A stretch of DNA of 62,404 nucleotides, filler included, from Asterionella formosa (GCA_002256025.1; 8 parts of 8 records of this genome joined end to end with filler, not necessarily neighbours in it), one strand, 5' to 3'. Counted from the whole stretch's first letter, positions 1 to 12,101 are shown. Numbers and translations: made by a program. The notes: generated from the sequence alone by a model not told the origin.

Positions 1-240
1 ATTTTCTTCTGCGTGCGGGCGTCCTGGTACTTTGATGAAAAGTGGTCCCCTATGCATATTCGCGATTTATTGCCGGTATGCACGCTGAATGACAATCTTG
101 AAGCAAACCGGGATGATGTCTTCTACGTTCGCACCAGTCCTCGAATATTTGCGCGCAAGCCGAGTGACACCGGACAACGCTTTAAACGTATGTGCGGGTA
201 GTACACATATCTGAAGGACAGGAAATACTACGTAGCAAAC

Positions 241-610
241 GTTTGGTACCAGGTAGTACCAGAGTACGGGTACCGGTGACCACACTTCAGCACGGACTAA
301 GTACCTGGTACCCTGGTACCAGGTAGTGCGAATTAGAATTTCCTTCTTCATGTCAAACATTCATATATGTATATATATATTGTCATGATTCTTCTGTTTG
401 CTTTGTTGGTATACCGGTAGTACAACACTAGCTACCTGGTACCTGGTCCAGTACCCTGGTACCAGGTGCATGGATATGGTACCTGGTACCTGGTTACCAG
501 GGTACCAGTACTTTGAATGCCTGATAGGGAATATGGAGTCCCTGGTATGGTACCAGGTACCAGGGTACACACTGGTACGAAGTACCTGTTAATAAGGTAC
601 CTGGTACAAG
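241..610. repeat. GGTACC/TACCWGGTA/TACCGGTA-rich low-complexity cluster (putative stacked transposon excision footprints)
   Basis: Dozens of TACCAGGTA, TACCTGGTA and TACCGGTA words in an irregular, non-periodic arrangement. Similar clusters recur at ~11880-11930, 17185-17250, 17605-17715, 22550-22610, 32700-32730, 33050-33200, 42020-42085, 42335-42390, 45525-45550 and 57825-57940. Confidence 0.8.
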
Positions 611-1821
611 ATTCTGCCTGGTCGATCCCATGTAGACTTGATTACGCTGCGTGGAAGCTAGTATCAGGATACATACTAAACTTTCTGCTTCTACCAGTAC
701 ATTTGAATCAGAGATTGCTCCATGTCTCAAAATAGAACTCTCTACTGATGACTTTAGGAGGTGTAGCGTCGCTTTCTGAGATTTCCGTATGAGATATTCG
801 TTCTGGCATCTTCGGTTTGAACTGCAGGATTCCGTATAGTACTCCCTCACAACTGTAAGAGGTCGTAGGCAAAAGGAGCTAGCACTAGCTAATTTAATCT
901 GACATAGAATTTCTGTAGAAGGTTGTACTACACATGGTTCGGAGACCCTGTTGGTGGGAGGTCTTCTTTTCGTACCGCGTGAAAGCTAGTAAAATGATTT
1001 TGTTGGCAGACCGTGAATCTTGAGTTCGTAGTTGCTTTCACTTTTTCGGTTTTTGGTTGCCAGCTGTGAAAAGGCGCGAGAGCATAATGTGAGTAAGGAA
1101 CGTACGAGGCCTACGCATTTCAACACGCCGATCACCACTTCGACAATGGCTCTTTTTCAACTGAAGAACTTCTTGCAACCAAGTGTTGATCAGACCACAT
1201 GATACAGCTGTGCGAGCTGAGTCGTTTGCTGTTCTTGTTTGGTTTGCACGTGGCTTTTTCCGTTTGAAATCGCGTCTTGCCAACCAATGGCAATTGCGCG
1301 TCGTCAGTTTTCGCGTGGACGCCGGTTTTGTCGGTGCTCTACAACCTGAACTCGATCTTCTTTCTAGCTTGTCGTTCTTGTCTATTCTCTGAGACGATGG
1401 CAGCTTGAATGCGATCTTGAGTTGTCGATGCTCTGGCTTTCGACATTCTGACGCCCTTTTCATGGCACGGGATTTGCGAGGTCGTAAAGTGCCCTTACCC
1501 CTCTTAGCCTACTGGTAGTCATGGCAATCAGAACCTGCTTCATTGAATACACATGTTCTCGTGTTCTCACAGCTGTTGAGACCATGCCGGCTACTTCCTG
1601 CCTGCACGAGTCGCGTGTGGCTTCAACTGAGTGGTCGGATCAGTCTCTGCAATACCACAATAACCCTTTCAAAACCAGCTTTCTTTTCTCCGATTCGTGT
1701 TTCAGGACAATCATTCTTAAGCTCAAGGAGCAAACTCTAACTCAGCTGACCTCTGCTCTTCTCTGCCTTTAGCCTGCATCTCTCCCACTCCTCGTCATCC
1801 TACCACTCAATTATTTTCAAA

Positions 1822-3290
1822 ATGAAATTAGCTACGCTTACACTTTGTGCTGTCGTCTCCCTGCCTTCTTTGGCCGAGGCTCTCCTCACCAATCCCATGA
1901 AGACTTCTACCAAATTCAACGGGTAGGTTCCCATTCTGCTTCTCGGCACTTGGACAGCAATCACATTTCCACTGCTCACTTCCGCCGTTTCATCACCACA
2001 GCCTGCAAGACCGCGCTTATGTCACCCGAGATATCAAGACTCCTGATCCCATCCCTAAGGAAGGCCAAGATGAAGCCCTCAGGTTGATGCAGACCGGACG
2101 TCTCTACCGTTACAACATTGCTTACGGGGAAGAATCTGTCGTATCCATGTGCGAGCTTGAAGTCACTGAATACACTGGGCACAAGTACTGCGTTGCGTTG
2201 AACTCTTGTGGATCCGCACTTATGCTTTTATTGAAGACCAGTGGCCTCCCACAAGGAGGAAAGGTGCTTTCTAATGCATTTACCTTTGGAGCTGTCCCAT
2301 CTGCTATTGAGCATGCCGGAGGAAAGGTCAGTTGCGGTATTTCATTTTTGTTGTCTGTCTCAATTAATCCACTAACTCGAATCTCGTTCACAGGCTGTTT
2401 ACGTTGAATCAGACTACAACCACGTCATGGACGTTGCTGATTTGAAGAAGAAGCTAGCTGTCAACCCTGACTGCAAGCACGTTATGATTTCGCACATGCG
2501 TGGAAAGGTAGCCGATATGGACGCCATCAAGGCAGCGTGTGATAACGCTGGTGCCATTCTCCTTGAGGACTGTGCTCACTCACTTGGAGTGCAGTGGAGA
2601 GGGAAACACACTGGTCATGTTGGAATCGCCAGTGCCATCAGTAGTCAATCTTATAAGATGATCAACTCTGGAGAGGGTGGTTTCCTGCTCACTGACGATC
2701 CTCTGATCGCTGCCAAGGCTGCAGTGTACGCAGGAGCATATGAGGGCCTCGCCGGTAAGCACATTACAGTCCCTGGACCTGAGGTCTTTGGTGACCTGCC
2801 AAATCAGCTACCGAATTACTCTTTACGAATGAGCAATCTCGCTGCTGCTGTTATCCGTCCTCAGCTTAAGACTCTCGAACCCAGAATCGAAAAGTACAAC
2901 AATCGGTATTGGAAGCTGGTAGAGAATTTGTCGGCTCGAGTTGGTGACCTGATGACTATCCCAGTCGACACACCAGGGATGAATGTTCCTGTCCACGATT
3001 CATTCCAATTCAACCTTGACAAGCGGTTCACACCTGAGATGGTTCAAATATTTGTCGCTGAATGTCATGCCCACGGACTCCCAGTTGAGCTCTTTGGAGG
3101 CAAATCCAATGCAAGAAATTTCGTCAACTGGGGATTTGCCCCTGCTGAAGATCCTCTCCCAATGACCACTGATATGTTGTCACGCGCATGTGATGTGCGA
3201 ATGCCACTGATGTGGGATGATGAAGACTTTGATGATATGGCCGATGTCATTGTCGAATCTCTCGAGGTTGCTCTTACACAATCAAAATAA
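1822..3290 (+). CDS. DegT/DnrJ/EryC1/StrS-family PLP-dependent aminotransferase, probably plastid-targeted; 3 exons (1822-1922, 2002-2326, 2394-3290)
   Basis: GT-AG introns 1923-2001 and 2327-2393 join the frames into one ORF. Motifs VALNSCGSAL, AFTFGAV, LLEDCAHSLG and SSQSYKMINSGEGGFLLTDD (PLP lysine). N-terminus MKLATLTLCAVVSLPSLAEA/LLTN resembles a signal peptide followed by a transit peptide. Confidence 0.9.
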
Positions 3291-3578
3291 ATTTCCCAAT
3301 GGGTACTTCTACTTGTCAAGGGGTTATGTGTTAGGGTGCTGCGAAACAGTGTAATTCATCCAATCAACGACTCTTCCTTAAGAGTCTAAATGTAACTATG
3401 AAATAAAAATTATCTTTTCACTCCATCTTGATTTGTACAAGCATTGCAGCAAGCTGCCTTATAAAAGGATGTGTGCTTGTATAAATATATCACCAATGCA
3501 TTATTTGGTTTAGCTACGAAGAAATGAGACATCAACAGTTGCTGCTACACTGAAAGGCAGTAAATCCTGTCCCCTCAT

Positions 3579-6500
3579 TGCTGAAGGCAATACACGCCCG
3601 AGGTCTCTTGCCTGCGAGTATACAATTGTTCGAGGCTGGGATGGCACTCGTAGGGTGACCTTCTCGCAGCGCCGGCGTACACATGTAAACGAGAAGGCAA
3701 GTAGCCGCCGAGAAGGGTATTGTTGAGGCAATTCCCGCTCTAGCTATCGTGGCGTCATTCGCTTACCTACTGCCCACAAATAAAGCATAAATGTCAATTT
3801 TAGCCTACTATTGCCCATCATATAAAATATATTTGGTATATTTCCTATCTTCACCTCGAAAATTGCCAAAGGTCTAATATTGCCCATCATTAAAATATAT
3901 TTTGGGTATTTCATATGTTAGCATTTTGGCAAGACAAAAAATTGCCCCTCGGTTTTCTAGCCCTGGGATTGCTGAAATCGGCAAGGCGTCTACTTAAGGA
4001 AACCATTTTATATACCATACAGGTTTGATTATAATATATCTAGTATTCACCAATCTGTTGTTATGTACATCGATTTTGTTTGATTCCTAAAATGTGAGAG
4101 CGGAAATACAGCTTTTGACACAGTAAATCATTTACCATCATGCCTCATTTGAAGCAAAATGTGTTCCTTGATGACTCCAGTAGCGACTTGTCTTCAAACG
4201 ATGTGGTTTGTTGCTGGATGACTTGTCTTCTTGTGGAATTCATGTTGTGACATCATACCTACTTAGTCAAAGTGGTGCCAAAATCACTGTTCCCAATTCA
4301 ATTGATCTCAAAAAGTCTCATAATTCATCATCTGATCTGTTGGATACTGACAAATCAGATGATTGCCCATTGATAATATCGTTGATTGGACTGTTGGGGA
4401 ACAAAATTTATGGGTTGCGCTGGTAAGAAGTCAATTTCGCGCCATCGTTGTCACATTTTTGGTGCTATTTTCAGATGTTATGTTCTGTTATTATTCAAAA
4501 ATTTATTTTTTAGTATGTTTTCTATGTGAAGATCAGATGTGATGTCTCGGAAGCAAATTTGAGAGTGCTTTTTATGATGCGCTAAAATACATAGTTGCTC
4601 TGTTTTAATTCAATCTTATTACAATTCTAACATACTGATTATTCTACAATGCATGACAGCGGGAACTAGAAGCCGTCATTTCTCTCAAAGAGCAGTGACA
4701 AATACTGCTAAGCGCAAAGTGCAAGATGATAACCGGCGTGCTGCATTGGCAATGTGTGCACTACTAGAAAGGAAAAAGAAGCTTGGCTGGGTATGTTGTT
4801 GATTGGTGTGTGCTTCCGCCCATCATGCTGGCTGACCGAATTGTCGATTTCATCCTAACATAATATTCAATTCATTACATCATTCTTCAGTTTATTGGAA
4901 CGGAATGAGGTTGTTGCAAATGCTGCAAGTATTCCCGAAGCAGCCCTTGATTGGAACGATGAAGAAATAGAAAGGTGCATTTGTTGTTGATTGTTGCATA
5001 ATTGTGCTTCCATTTTGATTCATCTATCATTGATGATGCGATCACTCACAGTTGCATTGTTTCCTTTCTGGTCCTTGTCATCTTCAAAGAACCTTCTAAA
5101 ATGCAATGTTTCTACAGTTGTAAACTCATCCAATGTTGTAGAAACACCCCATTCTAAAGTTGATAGACCCAGCTCTGTTGATTGTCGTGACTCTGATGAT
5201 TGCAACAGTACTACTAGCACATATGATTCCGATTCAAGGTACTTGTTGTTACCTGCTTCCATCATTGCTCCTCATGCTCATCATGCTGATTTCCGGATTC
5301 CAATGTCTCACTCAACTGCTGAAGACTATGACAATGCAATTCGATCCAACAATAATGTTTTCGGATCAACAAAACAAACAAATTCTATAAGAAACCTGTC
5401 GCATAGTAACACAATCAAATACATCAAGTCACTTGCCATCATTGAATCAAGGTTTTTTGAATCCCTTGTAGAGAATTAAACCTTGAGCTCGCTTGCTTCT
5501 TTTGACAATGATCCTGACAATGGCAACCAACCAATCCGTCGATTCTATCTAATATGTTCGTGGGCTAAGACGCAACGCCACCAAAGACATCATCAACACT
5601 GCTGTACTTTGGTTTGCAACCAAATTCTTCAAGAAAAAATCGCCCATCATTTTTGAAAGTGCTTCTGACAAAGCCATTGCAACAGCAATGTACCAACCGA
5701 ACGCCGCCCAAACCAAGCTGAAAGACCTCTTCCGATGCTTCTTCTGCCAAGGCATACCATACTCCCTGTCGAAGGATTTCAATGGTGAGGGTAAAATTGT
5801 TTTGGGTTAGAAATGAAGTAAAAAATAGGAGTTTCAATGGAGACACATGCATCATGAATCATTGTAGTGCTTACACAGGCAACATTGCTTGACTTTCCAT
5901 CACCTCACAATCAAAGACTGGAGGAAGAAGAAAAAATGCTGAAACCAATTTAGACCTGCATTGTTATGTAGCGTAAATGGTCTGGTTGCTGCAACCATGT
6001 GCATCGCTGTAGTAGCCTGACACCAGTAGCAGTATTTTCGCCACAGTCATCATACCTCCGGCCACCAAACAAGCAACCCTGATCATTCCATTCTGAGCAA
6101 GCGTGATACTCGCCACGCTGCACCAGCACTATTGACTCTCTCTAGCTGAGTATTTATGTAGCTTGTGATACAAACTCGTAGAAGAAATGTAGCAAAGTGC
6201 ATTAGAACAAGAAAAGCATTTCTTGGTGGCAATATTGATATCATGGTAAACGACTATACATATCAACAAATACAATCAACAACAATATGTCATCAAAGAG
6301 TAGTCATTAGTTAATACATTGGCTCTCATTTAGATAGACACAATCGAAACAAAACGACAGTGTGGAACGACAAACGACAATGGAAGCGATCAAAACGGAC
6401 CATGGAAGCAATCAAATCGGAAATTCGACAATTTTGTATCTACAATCACATTCAGTGTTTCACTGTTGTACTCACCGATCTCCTTTAACAAGCGTAACAC

Positions 6501-7547
6501 ACAGCAGACGATGGGCTCATAAGAAAGTCGAAAGTTCCTGTTGCAAGCCCAAATTGAGCAACGACAGGCAGGATAGAGTGAGAATCATAATTGTAAGGAC
6601 GAAATCAGGCATTCGATCAATATGTGAATGATACAATTTAACATTCTGGTCATCTCGTAAAGATAGTACTGAGTCTACAGCGATAATATTATAACATGTT
6701 CAAAGTAAGTGTTAAAGTTTAGCTTAAACCATGCATGGTTGTTTTTAGTACCACGTATGTATGTAGGCTAGATGACTTCTGGTAGAATATCCGTTAAGCA
6801 TCATCACATGCATGACCGGAGCAAAAACTTGCCACCAACATCAGATGTATTGCTATCATCGCTCATCCGACGAAATATGGACAATGCGACTACATGAATC
6901 CCTTGAGAAGAAAAGCAATCCAAAAACCAACCGCATCCATTAGACAACAAATTGCTACTGGTGTCATCACTGAACTGATTTTGCTTCAAACCAGTAATGA
7001 TGGATGACAATTGGCATGGTCAAAGGTGAATTGCCAGAGTCCACTTTTCAGGAAATGAACAAAAACAAGGTGAATTCTATTAGATATAAATTATTAAAAT
7101 CTGTAGAGTATATAAAATGGTTTCCTTAAGTAGACCCCTTGCCAATTTTGGCAATCCCAGGGCTGGACAACCAAGGGGCAATTGCTACAAATTCTTATGC
7201 CAAAATGCAAAGATAGGAAATATACAAAATATATTTTAATGATGGGCAATATTGGACCCATAGCAAATTTCAATGTGAAGATAAGAAATATACAAAATTT
7301 ATTTTATGTGATGGGCTATAGCAAGCTAAAATTGACATTTACACTTGATGAGTTGGCAGTAGGTAAGCGAATGGCATGACAATAGCTAGTTTGTGAATTG
7401 CCTCAGCAGCCTCAGCAATACCCTTCTTGGTGGCTAGATGCCTTCTCGTTCATGGCTGGGATGGCGCAAGTAGGTTGACTGTATGAGTGGCACCCCCATG
7501 TATACTAGCAGGCATGAGACCACCTCAGGCGTGTATTGCCTTCAGCA
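3579..7547. mobile_element. Non-autonomous DNA transposon-like element bounded by ~470-bp imperfect inverted repeats (3579-~4050 and ~7070-7547)
   Basis: Left TGCTGAAGGCAATACACGCCCGAGG...CTACTTAAGGAAACCATTTTATATAC is the reverse complement of right GTATATAAAATGGTTTCCTTAAGTAG...GGCGTGTATTGCCTTCAGCA. The interior holds decayed reading frames and ~850 bp shared with the Plavaka-bearing element at 26989-27855. No target-site duplication found. Confidence 0.8.
5800..6650. repeat. Dispersed ~850-bp repeat; reverse-complement copy at 26989-27855
   Basis: For example, 6631-6650 ATACAATTTAACATTCTGGT is the reverse complement of ACCAGAATGTTAAATTGTAT at ~26990. GTAGTAGCCTGACACCAGTAGCAGTATTTTCGCCACAGTCATCAT also matches on the opposite strand at ~27600-27650. 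Confidence 0.9.
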
Positions 7548-9401
7548 GCCTAGTGAATGCCACACTATGCATTACTGCTGTCAGAACAAAAAATTGTGGC
7601 AGAGAGGTGGAGGCGAGACAACTTTGGAAGTGATGAATAACACACTTGATGCTTTGTCCAGAGTTGACAACAGAATCCACAATAATAACATTCACTCCAA
7701 CATCAAGTCTCAGCATGTCCACCAATGGAGGACTGTCCTCCACCCAGTGTACCAACTTGGCAGAGGGAAATTGTTTGTGGACTCCTTGTGACATGGGCTC
7801 ACCATCCCACATCAGTGGTAGAGTCAATACTTTGTTTCCATCAGTAGATCTTCCTTGAAAGGTGGTCCGTTGTACATGACTCCATGGGCTGTTGCAAGAA
7901 AATGAGCTATCAGAAAAACCCATTGTGTCAAGGAGTTGATTGGCTAGGAACACGCCAATGTCGGTGTGAACTGCCTGTAAACTGGGTCTGTTTATATCGG
8001 AGTGACGTGACATGGTGGCCAACACCTGCGCTGAAACATTTTGCGTAAATGCTACGACCCGGTTGACTGAACCAGTCTGTAGCTCCTGGAATAGTCCAGA
8101 TAGCGATCCAACCTTGATACCATCGTGAAAGATACGTCTGCTTGATGTATTAATGATTGGAACACAGAGCGGTTGTTGCTGTTAATTGCTTCAGCAATGA
8201 AGTTAGCCATGGGCCTGTTGAAACTTTTGTTTATGGCAATGTAGCCTCTGTCCGACGCCTCAAGCATGAGGACATCAATCACTGCAGGTTCATAGAGAAA
8301 TGTCGTGTTGGGTGAAAATGAAAACTCACACTTAAAGAAAAGTTAGTTGCGCCTCCAAACACAACTGCATATATTCCTTACATGAATTCCCAAAGGAAAT
8401 GGTCTGACATCCACTCCACTGTTTGCGAAGTTTTGTTACAACCAATGCCTTTGCTATATCATCGACTACGTAAGGGTGTAAAGATGCATGGTTGCAAGCG
8501 ATTTCACTCATACTCCTTGACTCGTCTCCGTGAAGACCACGACATCGCAACACTGCTTGCCAGATTTCTCGACTACCCGAGGATACCAAAACAGCGTGTA
8601 CGTTTGTTGGCATTGACATAACGAAGGAGATCCAGTCACTGTATATTACACACTCCTCAGCAACCCAATCGCTGACGATGTTGTAGTCGGAAATGGTTGC
8701 ATTCAACAAGGAAACCTGTAGAAACGCTCGAAAAGTGTATGTGGGGTACCGCTGGAAAAATTTGCTTGAGCACTCCACCACCGTGTTCATTTTGAGCAAA
8801 AAACATTGTCCCTGTATCATCGCCACAAAGGGTACCATCCCCGTCCACTGCTCAGAAATGTACCTGATTGGATCATTGCCTTCGCCTACGATGGCAAATA
8901 TAATGTCATGTTTGGTACACTCACGTTGTAGCAAGTCCTTTTCGTGTTCAATCCACTTCTCAATTATTTCGACAGACATATTCGGTCATCGTTGTGCCTC
9001 GCTGGAATTGTCATGCATTCTTTGCTCAAAAACATTCTGAGCCGAGCGGCCTAGGTATAGTATTTCCTTGTATATCGCGGCATCTCCCTTTGAAAAGACA
9101 TCTTCGAAGACAAGGGATTCTTCTTGAGTCGAAAATATATCTGGGGTACGCGGCAATGAGTAATGTCCTGCCACAATCGTCATGCCTGCTCTTTCCTGAA
9201 TCCTTGCTCTAGCCAGCTCGCGAATTTCCAATTTTTCGATATCGCCCATGGCCTGAAGAGTTTCCAAATCGGCCCCTCTTCCGGTTAGTATTTCGGGAAT
9301 CACCCTGTTTCTCTCAAGACATTGAGTCGTCCGATCCAATTTAAATGCCAGGTCTTAACAGAACCCAAGACGCCATACAGTCCAATAGTAGAGTGAAACA
9401 T
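7548..9401 (-). pseudogene. Pseudogene of a P-loop kinase + HAD phosphatase + uracil phosphoribosyltransferase-like fusion protein
   Basis: ATG 9401 gives MFHSTIGLYGVLGSVKT (degenerate Walker A), followed by IVAGHY...ILYL...WIEHEK, HAD motif I DGDGTLCGDDTG, and SFGNS/intron ~8381-8282/IDVLMLEASD. The PRTase part has LPLMWDGEPM and VIIVDSVVNSGQS. At least 3 frameshifts plus an in-frame TGA at 8986-8988. The C-terminus is cut by the transposon end at 7547. Confidence 0.8.
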
Positions 9402-9992
9402 TTTTCGTCCAAGATGAAGGAAAATAAGTTCAAAATCAACATTAGCAAGGTACAATATCTTGCTTCCTCTCAAACTTTGAAATATTCACATCAGTACACA
9501 TTTTAGTGATTGAAGCGGCCAACGAAATTTTCAAACTACCGCCGATTATATATGAACATCCGCCAAGATTCCATGAAAATGAGTTCACTCCTGAATATAC
9601 TGTACCAGAAAGGGTACGACGACTGGTTTAGGCCACACACACACATCCGTGCGTATTCTGACAAAGTGGACGTTGTTGACATACACCCATCATTCCAGTA
9701 TCTTTGAGCTGCACTTTCACTGCTTAGAAGACAATTTCATGATATTTCTGGCTCCAAAAAGGTTATGAGCGATTAACCTTCCATGGACATTGGATCAGCC
9801 AAGCCCTATCTCGAGTCTGATTCGATTCACATATTTCCTGTAGAGTACCGGTAGGCCTTAACGGACGATCTGCTCACGAACAATAGTTGCTTAACACGAG
9901 CTTATTATTTGGTTATTTCAAGAATGTCAGTTTACACGAACTCGACCAATCAGGAGGAAAACTTTAATGCACGGTTAAGGCCAACGAAAGCT

Positions 9993-11306
9993 CTACAGCG
10001 GATCAGATGCATGCACCTTTTTGCTGAGAGTCTCAGATGGCCGTGTTCGTCTCCTTTTGTTCCTCAAAGCTTCGTGTTCCTCGACTGGTGGTTTTTGATA
10101 AGACTGTAGAAATAGTGCCCCCTGATGTTTCAATAGATATCGCACCAAATCGTTCACTTTGCTCAGAATTGGCCTCATCTTAGATTCCGAAAGTTGTTCG
10201 GCCATTAGCGATGGGAGTCTGACAAACATTCTCAGCAAAAACTCACACCCAAACAGTTCGCAATGGCGCCTCTCATTCTTGGGAAGATTATCATATTGCA
10301 TTAGTTCTTGAGGGTACAAAAAGCGATCTGGGATACCTTCATCGAAAAAACGGAGAATACCGTCGACCATATTGCGCCACTCTTGTTTCGGATCCAGTTT
10401 TTCCCTTGTTTCGAAGTCATTATTTAAACTTTCTGCTTCCCCTTTGTCTCTCTCTTTCACTTGTTGCAATTTGCTGCTTAAATATTCGTTCAAGGCATCT
10501 TTAACACTGACTTTGGATGGGAGACAATGAATCATTCCACATTGCGTAATGATTTCCCACTCTTCCACCATAATCTTCTTCAACGCAAGCGGCAGGACCA
10601 GCAGGTCAGCATGATCCTGAATTCGGCGGCTTCGGAGTTGCCGATCGTTTAATTTCAATTCAGCCGCAATGTGATTCTTAGTCCACTTAGTCTGACTTTT
10701 GGGCTTGTTGCGGGATCCATATTCTTCTTCTTCGTCTTTCTTAATTACGACGCCTCGTTTGGCCATATCTTCTCGCATTTCCTCCATTCTTTTCTCTCTT
10801 TCTAACATGACCATCATCTTCTCTAATTCCATCGCCAAATTGCCCGTCTGTCGTCCCTTAAAGCGTTCCTTGATCGCTTTGACCTGATCTGAAATGAGTT
10901 TGGCAAAACGACGTGTCCCCTCTGTCACTTCGTACAATTGTCGCTCCTCTGCCCATCGATCCCACTTGACATTCCATCCCGTGTAATGCAAAAAGTAATG
11001 CCATGTGGGTACTTCGGGCTCCGTTTGCTGATTGAATGTGTCCTCACCTCCATCTGATCCCACCAGGGATACATTGAGTTGACGTTGGCGAGGCATGCCA
11101 AATATACTTCGTCTCACCACGGCTTCATAGATCATGCCATAATCGCTATCCTTGGCAAAAACACGCTGGGCTTTAGTAAATTTGGGCAATGGAAGTTCAA
11201 ATTCACCAGTCAAGGAGTCTTTATCAGTTTCGCTCGATTCGGAGACAGAATCTTCTGCGTCCTTCACTCCTACCGCTTCGTCATCATTAATTGATGAATT
11301 AGACAT
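9993..11306 (-). CDS. MRG-family chromatin protein (Eaf3/MRG15-like: chromo-barrel + MRG domain)
   Basis: 437-aa ORF. Chromo-barrel YFLHYTGWNVKWDRW. MRG-domain motifs LPLALKKIMVEEWEII, LPSKVSVKDALNEY, FLYPQE and GCEFLLRMFVRLP. Confidence 0.9.
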   Translation of the reverse strand: MSNSSINDDEAVGVKDAEDSVSESSETDKDSLTGEFELPLPKFTKAQRVFAKDSDYGMIYEAVVRRSIFGMPRQRQLNVSLVGSDGGEDTFNQQTEPEVPTWHYFLHYTGWNVKWDRWAEERQLYEVTEGTRRFAKLISDQVKAIKERFKGRQTGNLAMELEKMMVMLEREKRMEEMREDMAKRGVVIKKDEEEEYGSRNKPKSQTKWTKNHIAAELKLNDRQLRSRRIQDHADLLVLPLALKKIMVEEWEIITQCGMIHCLPSKVSVKDALNEYLSSKLQQVKERDKGEAESLNNDFETREKLDPKQEWRNMVDGILRFFDEGIPDRFLYPQELMQYDNLPKNERRHCELFGCEFLLRMFVRLPSLMAEQLSESKMRPILSKVNDLVRYLLKHQGALFLQSYQKPPVEEHEALRNKRRRTRPSETLSKKVHASDPL

Positions 11307-11600
11307 GATCGGGAATACAGTTTCTGGGGTTCAATGGCGCGGTCGATCGATGAATGAAGAATGGAACTTGACATGATCTTAATCTTTGTCAGCACTAGGT
11401 ACCAACCATACCAGGAAGGTCCGGTAAACCACGGTTTGTACTTCAGCAAAACTTAAGCTAAATATCTCATCTCGATTACCAGACCGTCCATGTGAGGGAG
11501 TCCCAGAGCAAGTTGCTGTAAATGAGAAGTTTAGCTTTGTTTTCCTTGTAGTAGGGAACAGTCTTCTGTTACCTCCAAGCAATTCCGAGGGGGTGTACAG

Positions 11601-11852
11601 NNNNNNNNNNNNNNNNNNNNNNNNNNNNNNNNNNNNNNNNNNNNNNNNNNNNNNNNNNNNNNNNNNNNNNNNNNNNNNNNNNNNNNNNNNNNNNNNNNNN
11701 NNNNNNNNNNNNNNNNNNNNNNNNNNNNNNNNNNNNNNNNNNNNNNNNNNNNNNNNNNNNNNNNNNNNNNNNNNNNNNNNNNNNNNNNNNNNNNNNNNNN
11801 NNNNNNNNNNNNNNNNNNNNNNNNNNNNNNNNNNNNNNNNNNNNNNNNNNNN
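11601..11852. other. Scaffold gap (252 N)
   Basis: Run of N. A second sized gap lies at 15090-15244. Both abut repeat-like termini. Confidence 0.98.
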
Positions 11853-12101
11853 AGTTCGATACTCCGCGGAACACCGATATACGGTACCTGGTATGATAAG
11901 AATATGAACTGGTGACGGTACCTGGTACAATGTTTCAGAAAAGAAAAACAAGCTCGTTTCACAATACATGTTAACAGTAAAATCACACAATCATCCTCAG
12001 CCACATTGTTTACCTCAGTTATTGCTTTGCAATTCTACGAAAGAGTTATTGTCGTTCAAGTTCTTCGCTTCGATCGTTGATGCTGTAAGAATCATTCAAG
12101 C

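Noticed and set aside
1..201. Possible 3' end of a gene at the window start
   Set aside because: Short frame with no recognisable motif; cannot be supported.
241..610. CRISPR array or coding ORFs (VPGT/WYQV-rich) in the GGTACC clusters
   Set aside because: No constant repeat or spacer length, eukaryotic context and no cas genes. The ORFs are by-products of the palindromic low-complexity sequence.
700..1500. Possible spliced or decayed minus-strand gene (MSKARASTTQDRIQ..., CEGVLYGILQFKPK...)
   Set aside because: Protein-like pieces could not be joined into a consistent gene model, and no family was recognised.
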